Positions 26,139-41,220 of a stretch of DNA of 64,000 nt are shown here, piece by piece. The stretch lies in the NCBI GenBank assembly GCA_025786725.1, contig JAHLTZ010000023.1:1-64000 (forward strand). The letters run 5' to 3'. Within the stretch, counting starts at the first letter, position 1. Each line of letters starts with the position of its first letter. The translations under genes were made by a program, and so were the position numbers. The stretch comes from Syncephalis fuscata S228. Taxonomy: Eukaryota; Fungi; Zoopagomycota. The notes beneath the pieces were generated by a model. The model saw nothing but the letters and a program-made list of their open reading frames with translations, did not search any database and was not told the origin of the DNA.

Positions 26139-28188
26139 CCCTTGACTGCAGATGTAGTGTGATGTAATGTACGGTGTGGTGTTTAGTGATGTTATAGTGA
26201 TAATCACTTAGTGGAAAGGTAGAGTTGTATATACCAGTTAAAAGGATGCGTGACAACAATCTTCGCGGTCACACAAGGTGATATCAGAAACAGCGTCCTA
26301 ATTGACGTTTACTAAAATACAACGAATGTAGGACAGTCGTCAACAGTATTGAAGGCGCAAAGGTGGTTTATAGAAAGAAGGGTGCACGGATTGAGTGGTA
26401 CAAACACGATGCACGCTGAAATCAATACGTACAAGTATTTAAATAATAATAATAATAAAAAAGAATCGTTAGACTGTTACAAGGTGTGCCTACGATAAAA
26501 GCAATCGATACCAACCGAGTTGCAATAAAGCGTAGTATAGACGTAAGGTAGAAAGTAAAGTAAGAAGTTGAATTGAAAGATAAAGGCGAGCAATATACAA
26601 AAAAAAATGCTCACACAGTACAAGTTTCAATTGTATTAATTCGAAAGAGTGACGAATTAATAAGAGCTGCTAGCGCAAAGAAAGAAATGAAAGGTAACCA
26701 GTCAAAGGGTAGCTGGTATAAACAAACGACAACGCCAATGGAAATACGATGATAATACGCAAACAAAAAGTGCGCTAGTTTAACAGTAGTTGCTGATGTT
26801 GTAATGGAGATGGCGGCGCCGAGAGTAAACCAGTCGATGAGCTGGAAACAAAAGAAAGATAAGAAGAAGAGGGAGGAGGAAAGAAAGCGTATACAAGCGA
26901 AAACGACGATAGTGTCGTAGAAGGCGCGACTAAAGCAGCCAAATATGATGAAGAGTAAAATTAAAGAAACTGGGGCAGTCTACGCGACGTAGCACGCTCT
27001 TTTATGGATACAATGCTATGCTTGTTTTGAATGAATGGGCCGCCGCTGCTATTGCCGCGTGGATGAGCGGGGTGATAGGCTTAGTGGTCGTTGTGTAGCA
27101 CACTTGATAATTTAGATTGGCCATGCCATTCATCCTTCTTTAGAAATGTGTGTGTGGGTGTGCGTGTCTTCTGTATACTGAAGGTATAGGCGAATAGTGC
27201 CATGAATAAGGGGATACAGATAAAATGGCACTGGTCCTACACAAATAGCAAGTGCATTAACAAAAACAGGAACAATGATGCATGGTAAAAACGAAGAAGG
27301 ATGAGAGTATACACACACCAACTCATCCATCCATTCTCTGTCTGTTTCTGATTGTGTACACCATACACACACACACTCTCTGTATTTCTATCTATCTCTG
27401 TTTCTTTTTCGGTGGGTGATAGAAAAGGGGCAAAAGGGCGTACGAGAATGCGTGCAAAGGGTGGGAAAGGAAGGAAGCCTGTCGACTAACCTAGGAAACC
27501 AAAATGGAAAGACGGCGGTCCATCGGAACACTTGGTTTGTCTCATTCTGCCACCTATTTTGCTGGCTTACTTGCTATTTTCTCTCTACCGTGCACGTACC
27601 AAGGCTTGCTGTGACGGCGACCAGTGGAGCATGAATCGATGTGCATAATTGTAGAATGCGGGGAATGCAGTGCTGTGACGGTGATCCAGAAGGGAAAGCT
27701 TGCTATAGATGGATGTAAGCGTCGCGCATTGTGCGGGTACCTTTACGGAGGAGAAGGCAAAAATGACAATAAACGTGTCAGTTGTTATTAATACGGCCTT
27801 TGTCAATGTATATAAGATTAGTTACAGTTGTGAAAGTTTTGTCTGTGTACTTAGTATGGTAATTGGCAAGTGAATATGACACATTACTGGTAATTATATT
27901 AATTTAATGGGAAAGTCATGACGAATATAGTGGCTGCGGTTTCTGATTGACGCCATATGTGACGTATTGGAATGTCATGAACTCGAAACGTGCAACGTGC
28001 GAATCATAATATTGTTTCAAATGGTCGAGCTCTCGCTTGCATCCTTGCCTCTCAATGGTGTAGAGCTGGCCAGACGTGTTTCGTCAGGACTATACGTACA
28101 TAATACGCACATACTACATACATAAATACACATATACATATTGTCTACATGGCCATTGAGGTTTTATTGTCAAAAGCTATACAATGCG

Positions 28189-28210
28189 TGTGTGGGTGTG
28201 TGTGTGTGTG
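28189..28210. repeat. Imperfect (TG)n microsatellite
   Basis: tgtgtgggtgtgtgtgtgtg tract. Confidence 0.85.
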
Positions 28211-31200
28211 ATAGGTGGTGTAGGAGAGTGAAATGCGTGATATACACATGCGGATAGACAATAGGTTGTAGTGTTTCGTTAGCACATACAATTAGACCAA
28301 TCGCCGCTCGTCAAGGCGCTCCGCTTTGTAGGACAACGATTGGTTATTGCTTTTTTACTTTTTTTTACTAGAATGCATGTCTGATCATGTATCATGCAAC
28401 TATCGTCATGAACCAATACATGGTTCTCCTTAGTCTATCATGGCAATACGCTTGGTTTAATTAATAGTTTGTATGTGCTTTATTTATTGTATTGATTTAC
28501 AATTACGAGCGAGTATAGTAGCAATAATAGTAATAATGACATTAGCGATCGTATAACTGCGCTTCAGATTGAAATAAACCATGTCGCGTGTACACGCACG
28601 CACACACACTACCACCGATCACTTAGTCGGGTATGGATAAACACATTGTCATACATCGGAGTACGAAAGTCATTCGTGTTTACAAGCAATGCCGTGGCGT
28701 ACTTTTTTAAAATACAAGACTTGGCTAGGGCATTAAATTACAAAGAAAGCTGTGGCAGTAATGGCATTGTTCATGGCTAGAATGGCAATAGCTATGGCAA
28801 TGACTTAAGTGATGCCAATAATAAACAGGAATTTTTATATGCCACGCTACATTCGCATGCTAGTTCAAAAAAGTTATTCCGCGCTAACAAGGTGGTCTAG
28901 CTAGTTTGATGCGGATTGGTGTGGCAGCTGCAGCATTAGCCAGCATCAGTAGCACTATGATCAATGCATAGAATTATTTGAACTGGATACTACAAGTAAT
29001 CAATCGGCTATTCTAATTAGAACAGTATGGCTATCTTGCGTACAATAATACTGTGATCATAACGATTGACAACTGTACCGGAAGTATAGGTATAGCCGGG
29101 CTGTGCTTGTAAACATGTAATTATGGCAATAAGACAATTTATTTACACAAGCTAAAAAGATAACTAAGTAACAAAAGGCATAAAAATGATAATAATTAAT
29201 AGTTTTAAATGATTATTAATAAAGCAAAATTCTACTTATTATTATTACTATTAGTATTTATTATTAGTGTAATTTATTATGTATAGGCGTTTATTTTATA
29301 CATGGAATACAAATGCTTTGATGCGCCTTCCATCAGTTATGATTGCATTGGCATTCTTTTTGTCCAATCAGTTTTACGCTACGGCTTTTTTTGCTTATTC
29401 TCATTCGGAAAACAAGAGGCCGGCCTTGAACCATTCGACAAGAATGCAGACGCATATTCCAGTGGCGCAAAATATGCTTTGTACCATCATTCGATGTCCC
29501 TTTTGATGCATTATTGGCCGTCGTCTTTTTAGTAGGGGGGAAGACGGGAAATCAAGAATAGTTTGGCATTCGAACATATGGTAAATCGCCATGCCAACTA
29601 TTAAGCATTATTGTAAATAAAACACTTGATTGCAAAGGGGCAAATGCTTGCCATCTTAATGATAGATCGTACACATACCCTCTATTTCTTTGTATATGTG
29701 TAGTGTGTGGATGTTTTCAGAGCATTAGTATTAGACCGAGCCGAACCAGTATAGCCACCGTTTGAGATTAGCGGCTATTCTAGCATTATTGCTCTGATAG
29801 GATCGTCGATGGATAGCCTCTGTGCTGGTAGAAACGACTATTATGGTAGTTGGCCGGCATCAGCCAAGCAAAAGGTAGGCACGCTGTTGGCGCGTAAAAC
29901 AAAAAAGCGGCCGCCTTTCAATAACGTTGATGGTTGGTTCCATTTGAGCTACACATTTGGCAATACGGCCTATATAGAGAAACGAATTCGGTTACACCTT
30001 GTTCTATAGGTTTGATGTGCAACCAAATTGAATTTCAAGTGCCTATTTTTTAAAAGCTAAAAAAAGAGTAACAAGTATACAAAAGGCGCGGCGTAGCCCG
30101 ATAAAGTGTTTTGGGCATTCAATGCGGCAAGCAATAACAGCACAAGCACTGGCTGCTGTGGCTTCATGTGATACTTGAGCCATCTTGTCTAAAATGGTAA
30201 AACATCCGTAAAAATAACATCAATGATAGCCACTATCAAAGAATGGAAAGATAAAGGAAGGAGGTGAAAAGAGACGAGTAGGCAGTCCTACATAGAAATA
30301 GAGAAAGAGAAAAAGCCAGATGAATACAAAGCCGAAGTTTAGCACACAGACAGTTGGCCTGGCAGTCGGCTAATCAAGCACGTTTGTTATATTGTTACGC
30401 GATTTGACGGTGTTGTGTTTTATTTTCTAGAATCGATTTTGGTGTAAAATAGCTCTGCAAAGTTTTTTACTTAATTTCTTGTTAAGACAGTTAGCACTGT
30501 GATTGTTATCGCTGTTGTACCATAGCAGTATGGCTACAACTATGCAGAGCCGACGGAAGCTACTGCGAGTAGGACCAAGTACACTGGTTGGGCTGCGGAT
30601 ACTATGGCCGAGTGATTTACTGACTTTTTGGACTAAGACCGACCACAATGACATATTTGCACCAGGTAATGACGAAATGGCCAAGGTAATGCGCTATAGT
30701 TGCTGTTAGTGGTGTTTTTGCTAACATGCTAGTACATAGGAATTGATGCGCGTTGTACATCCTGTAGTATTGCATGAAACGGGTACCCCAAATGCATTTG
30801 CCAAAATGATGCCTTCTAGCACAAGTAACTTGGTAAGGGATGATAACGATTGTGGCGTCTACAGTGGAGGTTTGTTGCAGCAAAGATGGAATGATTCAAT
30901 GGTAAATCTAAAGTTGGGTCAATTCGTATAGATCTATTTACGCTAGATTATCGCTGGGTTAACGAGCCGGAACTATGACAATTTATATTGAAAAAGTAGG
31001 TAGATTAAGTATTTAAATAGCACTGTATATAACGAGAAATTGGTACTTATTGATTGATGTGTGCTGAAAAGAATATACATAGTAACACGGCAAAAGAGCC
31101 TGTTGTAGGATCAATTGACTATCGTACTCAGCGATTATGGCCTCGGACACTTTGGGCCACTCTATCACCCGTCTCGAGTGCATCTACAGCTTAAACATAA

Positions 31201-31330
31201 ACTGTGGAACAGTATATACGTTTGGATAGCAATGGCTATGATGCTATCATTTTAATAAATTAAATAAAGCGTTATGTTTTCATATACAATGTATTACATT
31301 AAATTTGTATTTGTTATTATGCAGTAATTC

Positions 31331-32260
31331 TACATTATTGTAAACATTTAACATTATGGCTACAACATTGAGCAGTCAGAAATCAATTAACCTGTTTTTG
31401 ACGGTAAGATGACATTTATTATAGCTTGCTATTTATTTTTAATAAATTATACAATATACAATTTGCTGCTTGGATAGGCTTTAATATTCACGCTTTGTTT
31501 TTTTAATAAATCTCGTGTCTGTAAATATTGACTGGCAACTCTACAGATCACAATCTACGTCGTCACACTTTCCTTTCTCTTTTTTATACTTGACAGTATA
31601 CATGTATTGCATATACTTGTACACTCATATATGCTATATGGATAGTATTAGTAGTTGACCGGCTACTAGTTAGATACAAACACTCGTTACATTACTCTTT
31701 TGCATTGTTCTTTAATCTACTTTTCTTGCCAAGAATCTTTTTTATTTCGATCATCGACGTTGGCATCTTTATTGCATAGCAAGTGTAGGTTTGGCTTGTC
31801 TCTAATGTATATTCTAAAAGTCTTTTTACATTTACTGTTGAATTGATCACCGTTCTTTACTTAGTCAATTGCTCGGCAACAATCCTGACAACTGACACCA
31901 ATTTGTTATTTTGAGTTACTAAACTAGCAGATAATAAAATTCTATTTTTTTTGTATTAAGCTATCTGTTTCTTGTTCAGCTACTACTCTTGTGGCTATTA
32001 TGTCGTATAGATTTAAAGTTAAGCTATCAGTATTACTGCTCGTATCCATACTACTATATTCTGATTCAAATAATAAAGCGTTTTTAAAAGAAATTAAGTT
32101 TATTACATACTAACAAGATAAATAATAAACGATATCATAAATCACCATACTCATACCATGCATTACTATTTCTTCAGTTGGTCTTTATTGATTTGTAATA
32201 CTACTTATCAATATATCATCTACTGATTATGTACTACTGATAAAAGATGTTTGTTTATTA
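31331..32260. repeat. Dispersed ~930-bp AT-rich repeat, copy 1 (possible TE or gene relic)
   Basis: Near-identical to 48193-49123 in the same orientation; about ten differences by eye. Confidence 0.95.
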
Positions 32261-32535
32261 TGATCATTTATTGTAGATATATACACTAAAACTATCAAAG
32301 ATTTTATACAAGCTATATTGAGCAAACTGAGATCAGAGTTTGGTGTCGGTGTTGAATTTCATATACACTCTTCTTTAAAACAATAGCAACACATTGTTAT
32401 TTACACGCACACAAACAAATCAATTGATCATAATTATTACTGGTAACAATTCTTATATCTGTAAATCTGTAAAAAAAGCACTTTTTATTATATATATGCT
32501 AATAAAATTAGAATAGGCAAATATTAGTTTCTATT

Positions 32536-32946
32536 CTAAATAAAAAACTTCTTCCATTTCTTGTTACGGCGCTGTGTTTGCTGCTTCGTCATATGTGCCC
32601 GCTTTGTCTTTTTGCGCTCCGTGTTATTGGAAGCATCTTGCATATTCGCATCATCTACAATAAAGTCGTTAGCTTATTACTATTATTGGCTCAAGAACAG
32701 TAGTTTACCATTGCTAGTCGCCGCTGGTGTAGTAGCGGTCTTAATAATCTTGGTTGGTCCACTGGATTGTACGTCCATACTTGCCTCCTGTTCTATCCTT
32801 GCCTCTTTTACATAGGCGGCCTCCTTTAACTCGCTTTGTTTTGCAGCCAAACGCTCAACACGCTCTGTCTCTACTTTGCCAAATAGATTGTCGCGCTTAA
32901 TGGCACGGAAACGACGCTTTGACTTTGAACGAATCGATTTGGCCAT
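32536..32946 (-). CDS. DUF2423/LLP-like small basic nucleolar protein (YBL028C-like), 2 exons (intron 32655-32708)
   Basis: MAKSIRSKSKRRFRAIKR..FG.VE.ER..RLA N-terminus and a basic C-terminus ending KKFFI*. Confidence 0.88.
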
Positions 32947-33443
32947 TGTAGTCGTGTCCAGTCGTAGCAGTAGCAGCAGTAGTAGTAGTAGTAAAATGTA
33001 TTTTGTTCAGCTGGAGCAAGATGAACACTTGTAGTAATACAATACGATGAAATAGAAGTAATGGTCCAAGGAATCGCCGAGAACAGGAAATAAGAAAAAA
33101 TGAAAAAAATAAAAATAAAATTGAGTTTACTTATTGTAGAACAGCGTGTACTTGATGCAAAGTAGACTTAAAGATAGAGATGACGTGGTAAAGACTCAAC
33201 AAAGCCCCTTTTACTTCTCTGTCCTTGGTATCAATCCTATTGCTGGTGGTCTATCGAACAAACAAGTCTGGTTGTTGTATTATTGCAGTAAAGTAGCAGT
33301 AAATATATTGGCTACAAGGCAGTGTTGTTAGTTATACGCTTCTGTTTATCTATTGCCTCTTTTGCGTAGTTACATTCAGCTGCTCATCAATATCGTTTAT
33401 TGCAAATATCTCTACTACTGCTGCTTTCACTACTACATTTATC

Positions 33444-36400
33444 ATGGCTACTGCTTCGATGACAACGTGTCCACACTTGGCAGCCCACACACTAGCTCCG
33501 CCATCTGCCTTTACTCTAGTCTACCGTGACGAGTGCACTCAATGTTTTGACACACCGGTAGGATAGAGCTATATCAACTAGCTACTACAACAACTAATAG
33601 GATAACAATAGGATGCCGACGAAGGACTTGACGTATGTCTATCCTGTTTCAATGGTGGCTGCACACATCCCGATAGAGCTCATAGTCGCCGACATGCTGA
33701 AAAGCGACAACACCCCATAGTATTGAATATTCGTCGTCGTCCAAAGCCAACACGGGTAAGTAGTAGCATCTATCGTTTATGACTCTGAGTCATTATTAAT
33801 AATATATGTATACCGATACATATTCCATCATACCTATTACTTATATACGATGAATGGCTAGGGGGATGAACCACCGCAGAAGATTACACGTCTTGCTATT
33901 GTAGCTGAACTGGAATCGGACAAGTACACGTATGATACGCATGTTCACTGTCTATTCTGTAACAACCAGCAATTGGATATGACACCACAGGTAAGTGCAC
34001 CATCTATTAATCAATTGAAACTGTAATAATGTATAATAATAGCTATCAACCGTAGTCGAAGGTGTTATGAATGCATTGACAGCGAGTAAACAGTCAGAGG
34101 TTAAAGCATGGGAGGCAGAGATTGTTGCTTGTGAGCATATTCATAAGTTGGAACAAACAGTAGAAGTAACGCTATCTGAACAATGTAAGCTAGCCATTGA
34201 TTATTAGAATCTAACTCAACTAACACTATAACAGCACTTGCCCATTGTAGTCAATGTGAATTGGATGCCAATCTATGGCTTTGTTTAACTTGCGGCAATT
34301 TGGGCTGTGGTCGACGTCAATATGACGGTAGTGGCGGTAATGGACATGGACTTGATCATTACAGTGAGACGGGTCATGCTTTATCGTGTAAATTGGGCAC
34401 CATTACCCCAGAAGGAACAGCTGATGTTTACTGCTATTTGTGTGACGATGAACGATTAGATCCAGAAATTGCTAAACATTTAAGCCATTTCGGTATTCAT
34501 ATTGGCACTCAACAAAAGACCGAGAAGAGTATGGCAGAATTGGTAATTATAGTTTAAAATGCAGTATTAATTGTAATAGAATAGCTAATTATCATTATCC
34601 TTGATATGATTAGCAATTGGAACAGAATCTAAAGTTCGATTTTAGTATGACAACAGAAGATGGTCGTCAATTGACTCCTCTATTGGACCGGGTCTTACGG
34701 GATTAAAAAATCTTGGTAATAGGTAATTAATAGACTATAATAAATAATAGTTAGTATACTAACATAGCTCAGCTGTTATATGGCATCTGTGATACAATCG
34801 CTATTTGCTCTACCATCCTATCGTCAACGGTAAGTAGTTATTTCATTACTATTCATTTATATCTATACTTATTATACAACAGATATACTCAGGATAAGAC
34901 ACAGCACGAAGGACAGTGTGACAAGTCACCTTCTCAATGTTTCCAATGTCAGATGTATAAGATGGCTGATGGCTTATGGAGTGGACGCTACTCGGTGCCT
35001 ATCATTGCTACTCATGAAGATAAAGAAGAGCAACGAGGACAAGAAGGTATTACCCCATCAATGTTTAAAGCATTACTGGGCAAAGATCATCCAGAATTCT
35101 CGACGATGCGTCAACAGGTGGTTATTTCTATTAATTACTATAGTAGTTATGGTTATTAATAAGTGGATGTATCTAGGATGCATTTGAATTCTTCCAACAC
35201 TGGACTAAGGTGACCGAGCAACAGGAACGTATTACAGGTAGAGATCCCACACAATGCTTCCAATTCCACGTTGAAGAACGTCTACAATGTATGGGATGCC
35301 GTCGAGTACGTTATACACGACAACCTACAACATGTCTTCAATTGCCTGTACCAGTACGTAAACAATCTGAACAAGAAAACGACTATGCACCAGTCTCATT
35401 GGAACAATGCTTTAAAGCATTCACTGCCGATGACTGTCTATCCTGGAAGTGTCCACAATGTCAAGATACAAAATCAGTTGTCAAGTAATTATATTGATAG
35501 TAGTAATTATATAATATAATATTAATGTTAATGGTATTTATGCTAGATCAACTCGATTGGCGTCATTCCCTGAAGCATTGGTTGTTTGTTTACGTCGATT
35601 TGAATTCAGAAACTGGGTTCCTGTTAAGCTAGGTAAACAAAAAACAATGATCATATTAATAGTATAACTAATTAATAATGTTAATAGGTGTACCGGTTAC
35701 TCTACCAAAAGGTGTATTTAGTTTAGAGGACATTAAAGGACAAGGCAAAGCAGATGATGAGGAATTATTACCAGAAACAAGTGGTAAATCTATTTTATTG
35801 CTGTGTTGTTAATGTATTATTGCTCATTAGTCTGTATTAGATAAAGTGGAAGCAAGCGTAAATGAAGAATTACTGGGCATTATGATATCGATGGGATTAA
35901 CAGAATCTCATTGTCGAGCTGGATTATTGGCCACAGGTAATAATAATGCTGAAGCAGCCCTGGCCTGGTGTTTTGACAATCCTGAAACGACTGCATCTAC
36001 TGCACCAACCACAAATACCGGTAATTAGATAGTTGGTGGTTGATAGTTGTTATTAATATTGATATAGCTGTCAATGTACCAATGGAAGCCATACTTACTG
36101 TGGCAGATATGGGATTCACTGAAGCACAAGCCCGTAAAGCATTAAGTGAAACGGTAAATGGATTAAATGAAAAGTGTAATCATCTATTGTATATTAATTA
36201 ACACAATCTATATAGAATAATAGTGTAGAACGAGCGGTTGAATGGCTATTCAGTCACCCAGAAGAGACCGGTGACAATATCGCTATGACTGATGTATCAG
36301 GTAAATGTTTATATTTTATTGTTATAAATGTAATTCATAAGTATATCTAGTAGATGATCATACATCCTATCAAGGATCTACAAAGTACCGGGTTAGCAGT

Positions 36401-36571
36401 GTTGTATCTCATCGTGGTACATCTGTTCACTGTGGTCATTATGTAGCACATATCTACGATAAGGAGAATGATCGATGGGTGCTGTTTAATGATAATAAGG
36501 TTGTAGAAGCAGATACATTACCGGAATCCGATATGTATGTCTTGACATTGGAGCGTGTCAATGAATCATAA
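33444..36571 (+). CDS. UBP14: Ubiquitin carboxyl-terminal hydrolase 14 (USP5/isopeptidase T), ~15 exons; apparent 1-nt deletion near 34683
   Basis: VYRDECTQCFD, ZnF-UBP NLWLCLTCGNLGCGRRQY...KLGTITPEG, Cys box GLKNLGNSCY, two UBA domains and His box SHRGTSVHCGHYVAH. Confidence 0.95.
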
Positions 36572-36776
36572 GAATAAAGATGATGAATTGGTACAATATA
36601 GATATCTGGATGTTATTAAATAGTTAATAGTTATTACAAATTTGAATTAAAACACGTTTTATTTTTTAAGCCCATTTTCATAGCAATTATTACGGCTATT
36701 ACTATTCTCTGTTGGTTATTTGCATGCAACGTACTTTTATTATTAGCTATCAACAAAGACCACGATAGTATTGACT

Positions 36777-39180
36777 ATGGCGACAGAAAAACCAGAACTT
36801 GAATTAGGTAAGTTCATTATTGTATAATTAACAAACAAAAAACTAAGACCAACGCGACTAATCAATACTATTGACGCGTAGACCAAACGACAGCTCAAGG
36901 TTTCTGTCAGATTTATCGACAATTACCAGAGGTAGATTAAAGTAGAGGAGAAGAGAAGAAAATAAAGTGATCGATAGATTAATGACTGTAATAAATAGAA
37001 ACCAGAACATACTATTCGTATATTTGAACGAAATAATGGTGTAAGTAGCTAGTATTAACATCAATGAATTTGATAGACTATAATTAATGAATATTATTGA
37101 TTGATTACAGGATTTCTATAGTGTACATGGTGATGATGCACTTTATGTGGCAAATACACTTTACAGAACAACTGGTGTACTCAAGTATTTAGGCGGTAAT
37201 TATAGATAGTATTGCATAATGATATGATATTAAAAAGTATTTACGTATATGTTTATTGGTATAGGCAATAGTACAACGGGTATTCCAAGTTGTACACTAT
37301 CTAAAATTACGGCAGAATCATTTTTACGTGATCTATTAATGAAATATCAACAACGCGTTGAAATATGGACAACAGAATCGAAAAAGACACAGTCATGGTA
37401 TTTGTATAAACAGGTAGCTACATTTACACTTTACGATGTTATCTATTAATTACTATTTGTATTATTTGTATTAGGCATCACCTGGTAATCTACAAGCATT
37501 AGAGGATATGTTATTTACTAGTGCTGAGGTTACTTCACCACCTGTGGTTATGTCACTTTGGTTAGATAAAAATGCCAGTGATCAATTGGTAAGGGGAAGT
37601 AATAAATGGTCATAACTTACATTCAAGTGTGTTTAGAAAGTGGGCGTGTGTTTTGCCGATACAACTCAGCGTACATTGGGCATTTGTGAATGGATTGATA
37701 ATTTACTGTTTACTAATGTAGAAGTAAGTGTTTGTATTTGTTGTTATTAGTAATATAATGCTGATATCGATACTACAATGGTGGTTGTTAGGCATTGGTT
37801 ATTCAATTGGGTGTTAAAGAATGTGTGCTATCAAAAACCGAGATTGGAAAACAGTATGAAATGAGCAAGTTACGAGCGGTATTAGATCGTAGTGGTGTTT
37901 TATTGACCGATCTACCTCAAAGTAATATACACACACACACAAACATATATATATATATATTGGTATATTGGCGTATACTAATTATTGATCATTTACAGGT
38001 GCTTTTCGTACAGCAAACATTGACCAGGATCTTCAGCGTTTATTAGGCGATACTTATCGTACTAGTCAGAGTAAGTGTTTAGACGGTTGTTCTATAGGTT
38101 AACTAATAGTGGCACTATTACCTAGATGATATGGATATGAAATCGGCTTTGGCAGCAACTGCAAGTTTAATCCACTATTTAGAGGCAAGTGTTAATTTAT
38201 AGATCGCTTATTTTTAATATAGTTATTGGCAGATGAAACAAACTATGGCTATTATTTATTAAGACGTCATGAGTTATCGCAATTTATGCGATTGGACAGT
38301 GCAGCCGTTAGAGCATTGAATCTTATGCCACCTGTAGGACAGGAAAGTAAGTTATTATTTACATTTAATTATACAATAGGTCAAAGAAGTGTCAATTGAA
38401 ACTGATGTTGGTATTAATAGATCAAGCAACGGCTATGAGTGTTTTTGCTTTATTAAATCGTTGTCGTACCGCTCAAGGTACACGATTATTAACTCAATGG
38501 TTAATGCAGCCATTACTTGATGTTGCGGAAATAGGTAATTATTATAGCAAATGATAAACCGCTATCTAATTTGTTTATAATTAGAGAAACGACATACAAT
38601 GGTTGAATTGTTTGTTGCCAGTGCCACGTGTCGACAAGCATTACAGGTAGATTGATGGTGATAATGGCTAAATAACATTGATAACTTGAACGGCTAATAA
38701 ATAGGATATGCATTTGAAACGACTACCTGATTTGCATCGTTTATCAAAGAAACTGCAGCGTGGCACTGCTACTCTTCAGGTAATTAAACGTGCTATTAAG
38801 TAATTGATGAAATATTTGTTAACACATGTATTATAGGATGTTGTTCGTATTTACCAAGTGTTGGTGCAGCTACCTTTCATATTGACTGTACTAAGAGAGG
38901 CCGACTATCCATCAGATAAACACCAAACACTGATGGAAACCATGTATATTCAGCATCTAGAGGTAATAGTCTATCTATTATACGTCTATCTTAACTAATA
39001 TAATGAATGACTAGGATTATAATGACCAGCTAATTAAATTAAAGGAAATGATCGAATTAACTATTGATCTCGAACAGGCTGATGCGCATCAATATGTTAT
39101 TCGGGCCAATTTCGATGAAAGTCTTCAAGGTAATAATGGTTAGAATGGATAGCAATTTATTAAATAACAATATAATACTA

Positions 39181-39211
<31 letters not shown>

Positions 39212-41220
39212 TAGAATGTCAAGATCGATTGGATGAAATATTTAAAGAGATGCAAAATGAATATCGTCAAGTATGATTGAATGGAGACTAGTCATATGTT
39301 AGATTAACAACTATATATGTAACTTAGATGGCCCATCAATTACATATGGAACAAGATAAAAAGATTAAATTAGAGAAATCAAATTTATACGGATATTGTT
39401 TCCGTATCACAAGAACTGTAAGTTTAGATATAGTCATTAGATGATTAATGTAATAACAATAACTATAGGAAGCAGCTGGATTGGGTAAGGCTAATATTAA
39501 AGTAATTGAATTGGCGACACAAAAGGCCGGTCTTTATTTTACAACACCGGAATTAAAGCATTTGAGTGAATCATACACAAGTACACAGTCAGAATACCAT
39601 CGTATTCAATCGGCACTAGTTAAACAAGTGATTGAAATTGTCGGTAAGTAACACACACACACACACATATATATATTATAATTATCATGAATTGATGATA
39701 ACCAATAATAAAATATAGCCACTTATTGTCCAGTAATGGAAACACTTAATGGGTTATTGGCTCATTTAGATGTTATTGTTGCGTAAGTATTTGTATACTT
39801 GATTATAGATGACTGACAATGAATGATAGATTTGCTTATGTGGCTGTTCATGCGCCCATACCGTATATTCGTCCTACTATGCATCCTAAAGGTAAATTAC
39901 TTATAGGTTATATATATTACTAATATAGTTGAACATAGATTATGGCAAGGTTGTATTGGAGGATGCACGCCATCCTTGTTTAGAAGCATTAGATGGCATA
40001 TCGGTAATTCCCAATGATATTCAACTAGAACGAGGTAAGTAATAATAAGAGAATTAATTATTATATATATACATATAGTAATTATAATAATGATTAGGTC
40101 AACGAGATTTACTTTTAGTTACTGGTCCAAATATGGGTGGTAAAAGTACATTTATTAGACAGGTAAATAGCAATACATACTTATTTGCAATAGTATTAAC
40201 AATTGTAAATAGTTGGGTGTTATTGCTTTAATGGCTCAGGCTGGATCGTTTGTACCGTGTCGTCAGGCAACGTTAACCGTATTTGATGCCATTTTGGCTC
40301 GTGTTGGTGCCAGTGACAGTCAGCTGAAAGTGGGCTATTTTATTTAATATTTTACTATTACTAATTAATTACACTTAGGGCGTGTCAACCTTTATGGCGG
40401 AGATGTTGGAAACAGCAGCCATTCTACGTGTAAGTAAAATACATTTAAATAATAGAAATATTAGTAGATTGATTGCTGATTAGGCGGCCACTGAGTATTC
40501 TTTGGTTATTGTGGATGAATTGGGCCGAGGTACAAGCACTTTTGATGGATTTGGATTGGCTTGGGCTATTTCAGAGTAAGCATAAATGAATAATAGGCTT
40601 GCTGGATTAGTAATAATACTTTATAGACATATTGCCAAGGAAATTCGCTGCTGTTGTTTATTTGCCACACATTTCCACGAATTAACGCAATTAGCCGAAG
40701 AACTGCCCAATGTAGACAATCTACACGTTACTGCTCACACTGAGGATAAAGGACAGGGTATCACACTATTATACAAAGTGCAGCCAGGTAAGCTATATTA
40801 ATCATGTTACTGTACACCGCCACTGATAAGCTCTATAGGTGTTTGCGACCAAAGTTTCGGTATCCACGTGGCTGAATGGGCCAACTTTCCTGGGCTTGTC
40901 GTTGAGGTATGCTATTTATACGCATGGTCGATTTATTATAACTGACACTTGTACACGATAGATGGCTCGTCGTAAAGCAACAGAACTTGAACAAACAGCT
41001 ACCTATGGATCTTTAGAGCAAGCTCCGTTACAAGTAGGCTAAAAGCTTAATGTTCAGCTGTTTATTTAAGATACTAACTTGTATACATTTGTACTAGGCA
41101 TCGGACGAGCAAGTATGGCAGAAAATGCAAGCCTTTATGGCTATCGACAACATAGATTCTTTGTCGGAGCAGTCGCTAATTCAATGTGTTAGCCAAGCTT
41201 TATCCACTACTACTTTATAA
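36777..41220 (+). CDS. MSH2: DNA mismatch repair protein Msh2, 30 exons
   Basis: [33 protein letters not shown]-loop [47 protein letters not shown] and FATHFHELT. Confidence 0.97.
39179..39211. repeat. (TAT)n microsatellite in an MSH2 intron
   Basis: About ten tandem TAT units just before the acceptor AG. Confidence 0.9.

Noticed and set aside
27130-30931. Short ORFs upstream of kinase B
   Set aside because: No domain similarity or convincing exon structure; some derive from microsatellites.
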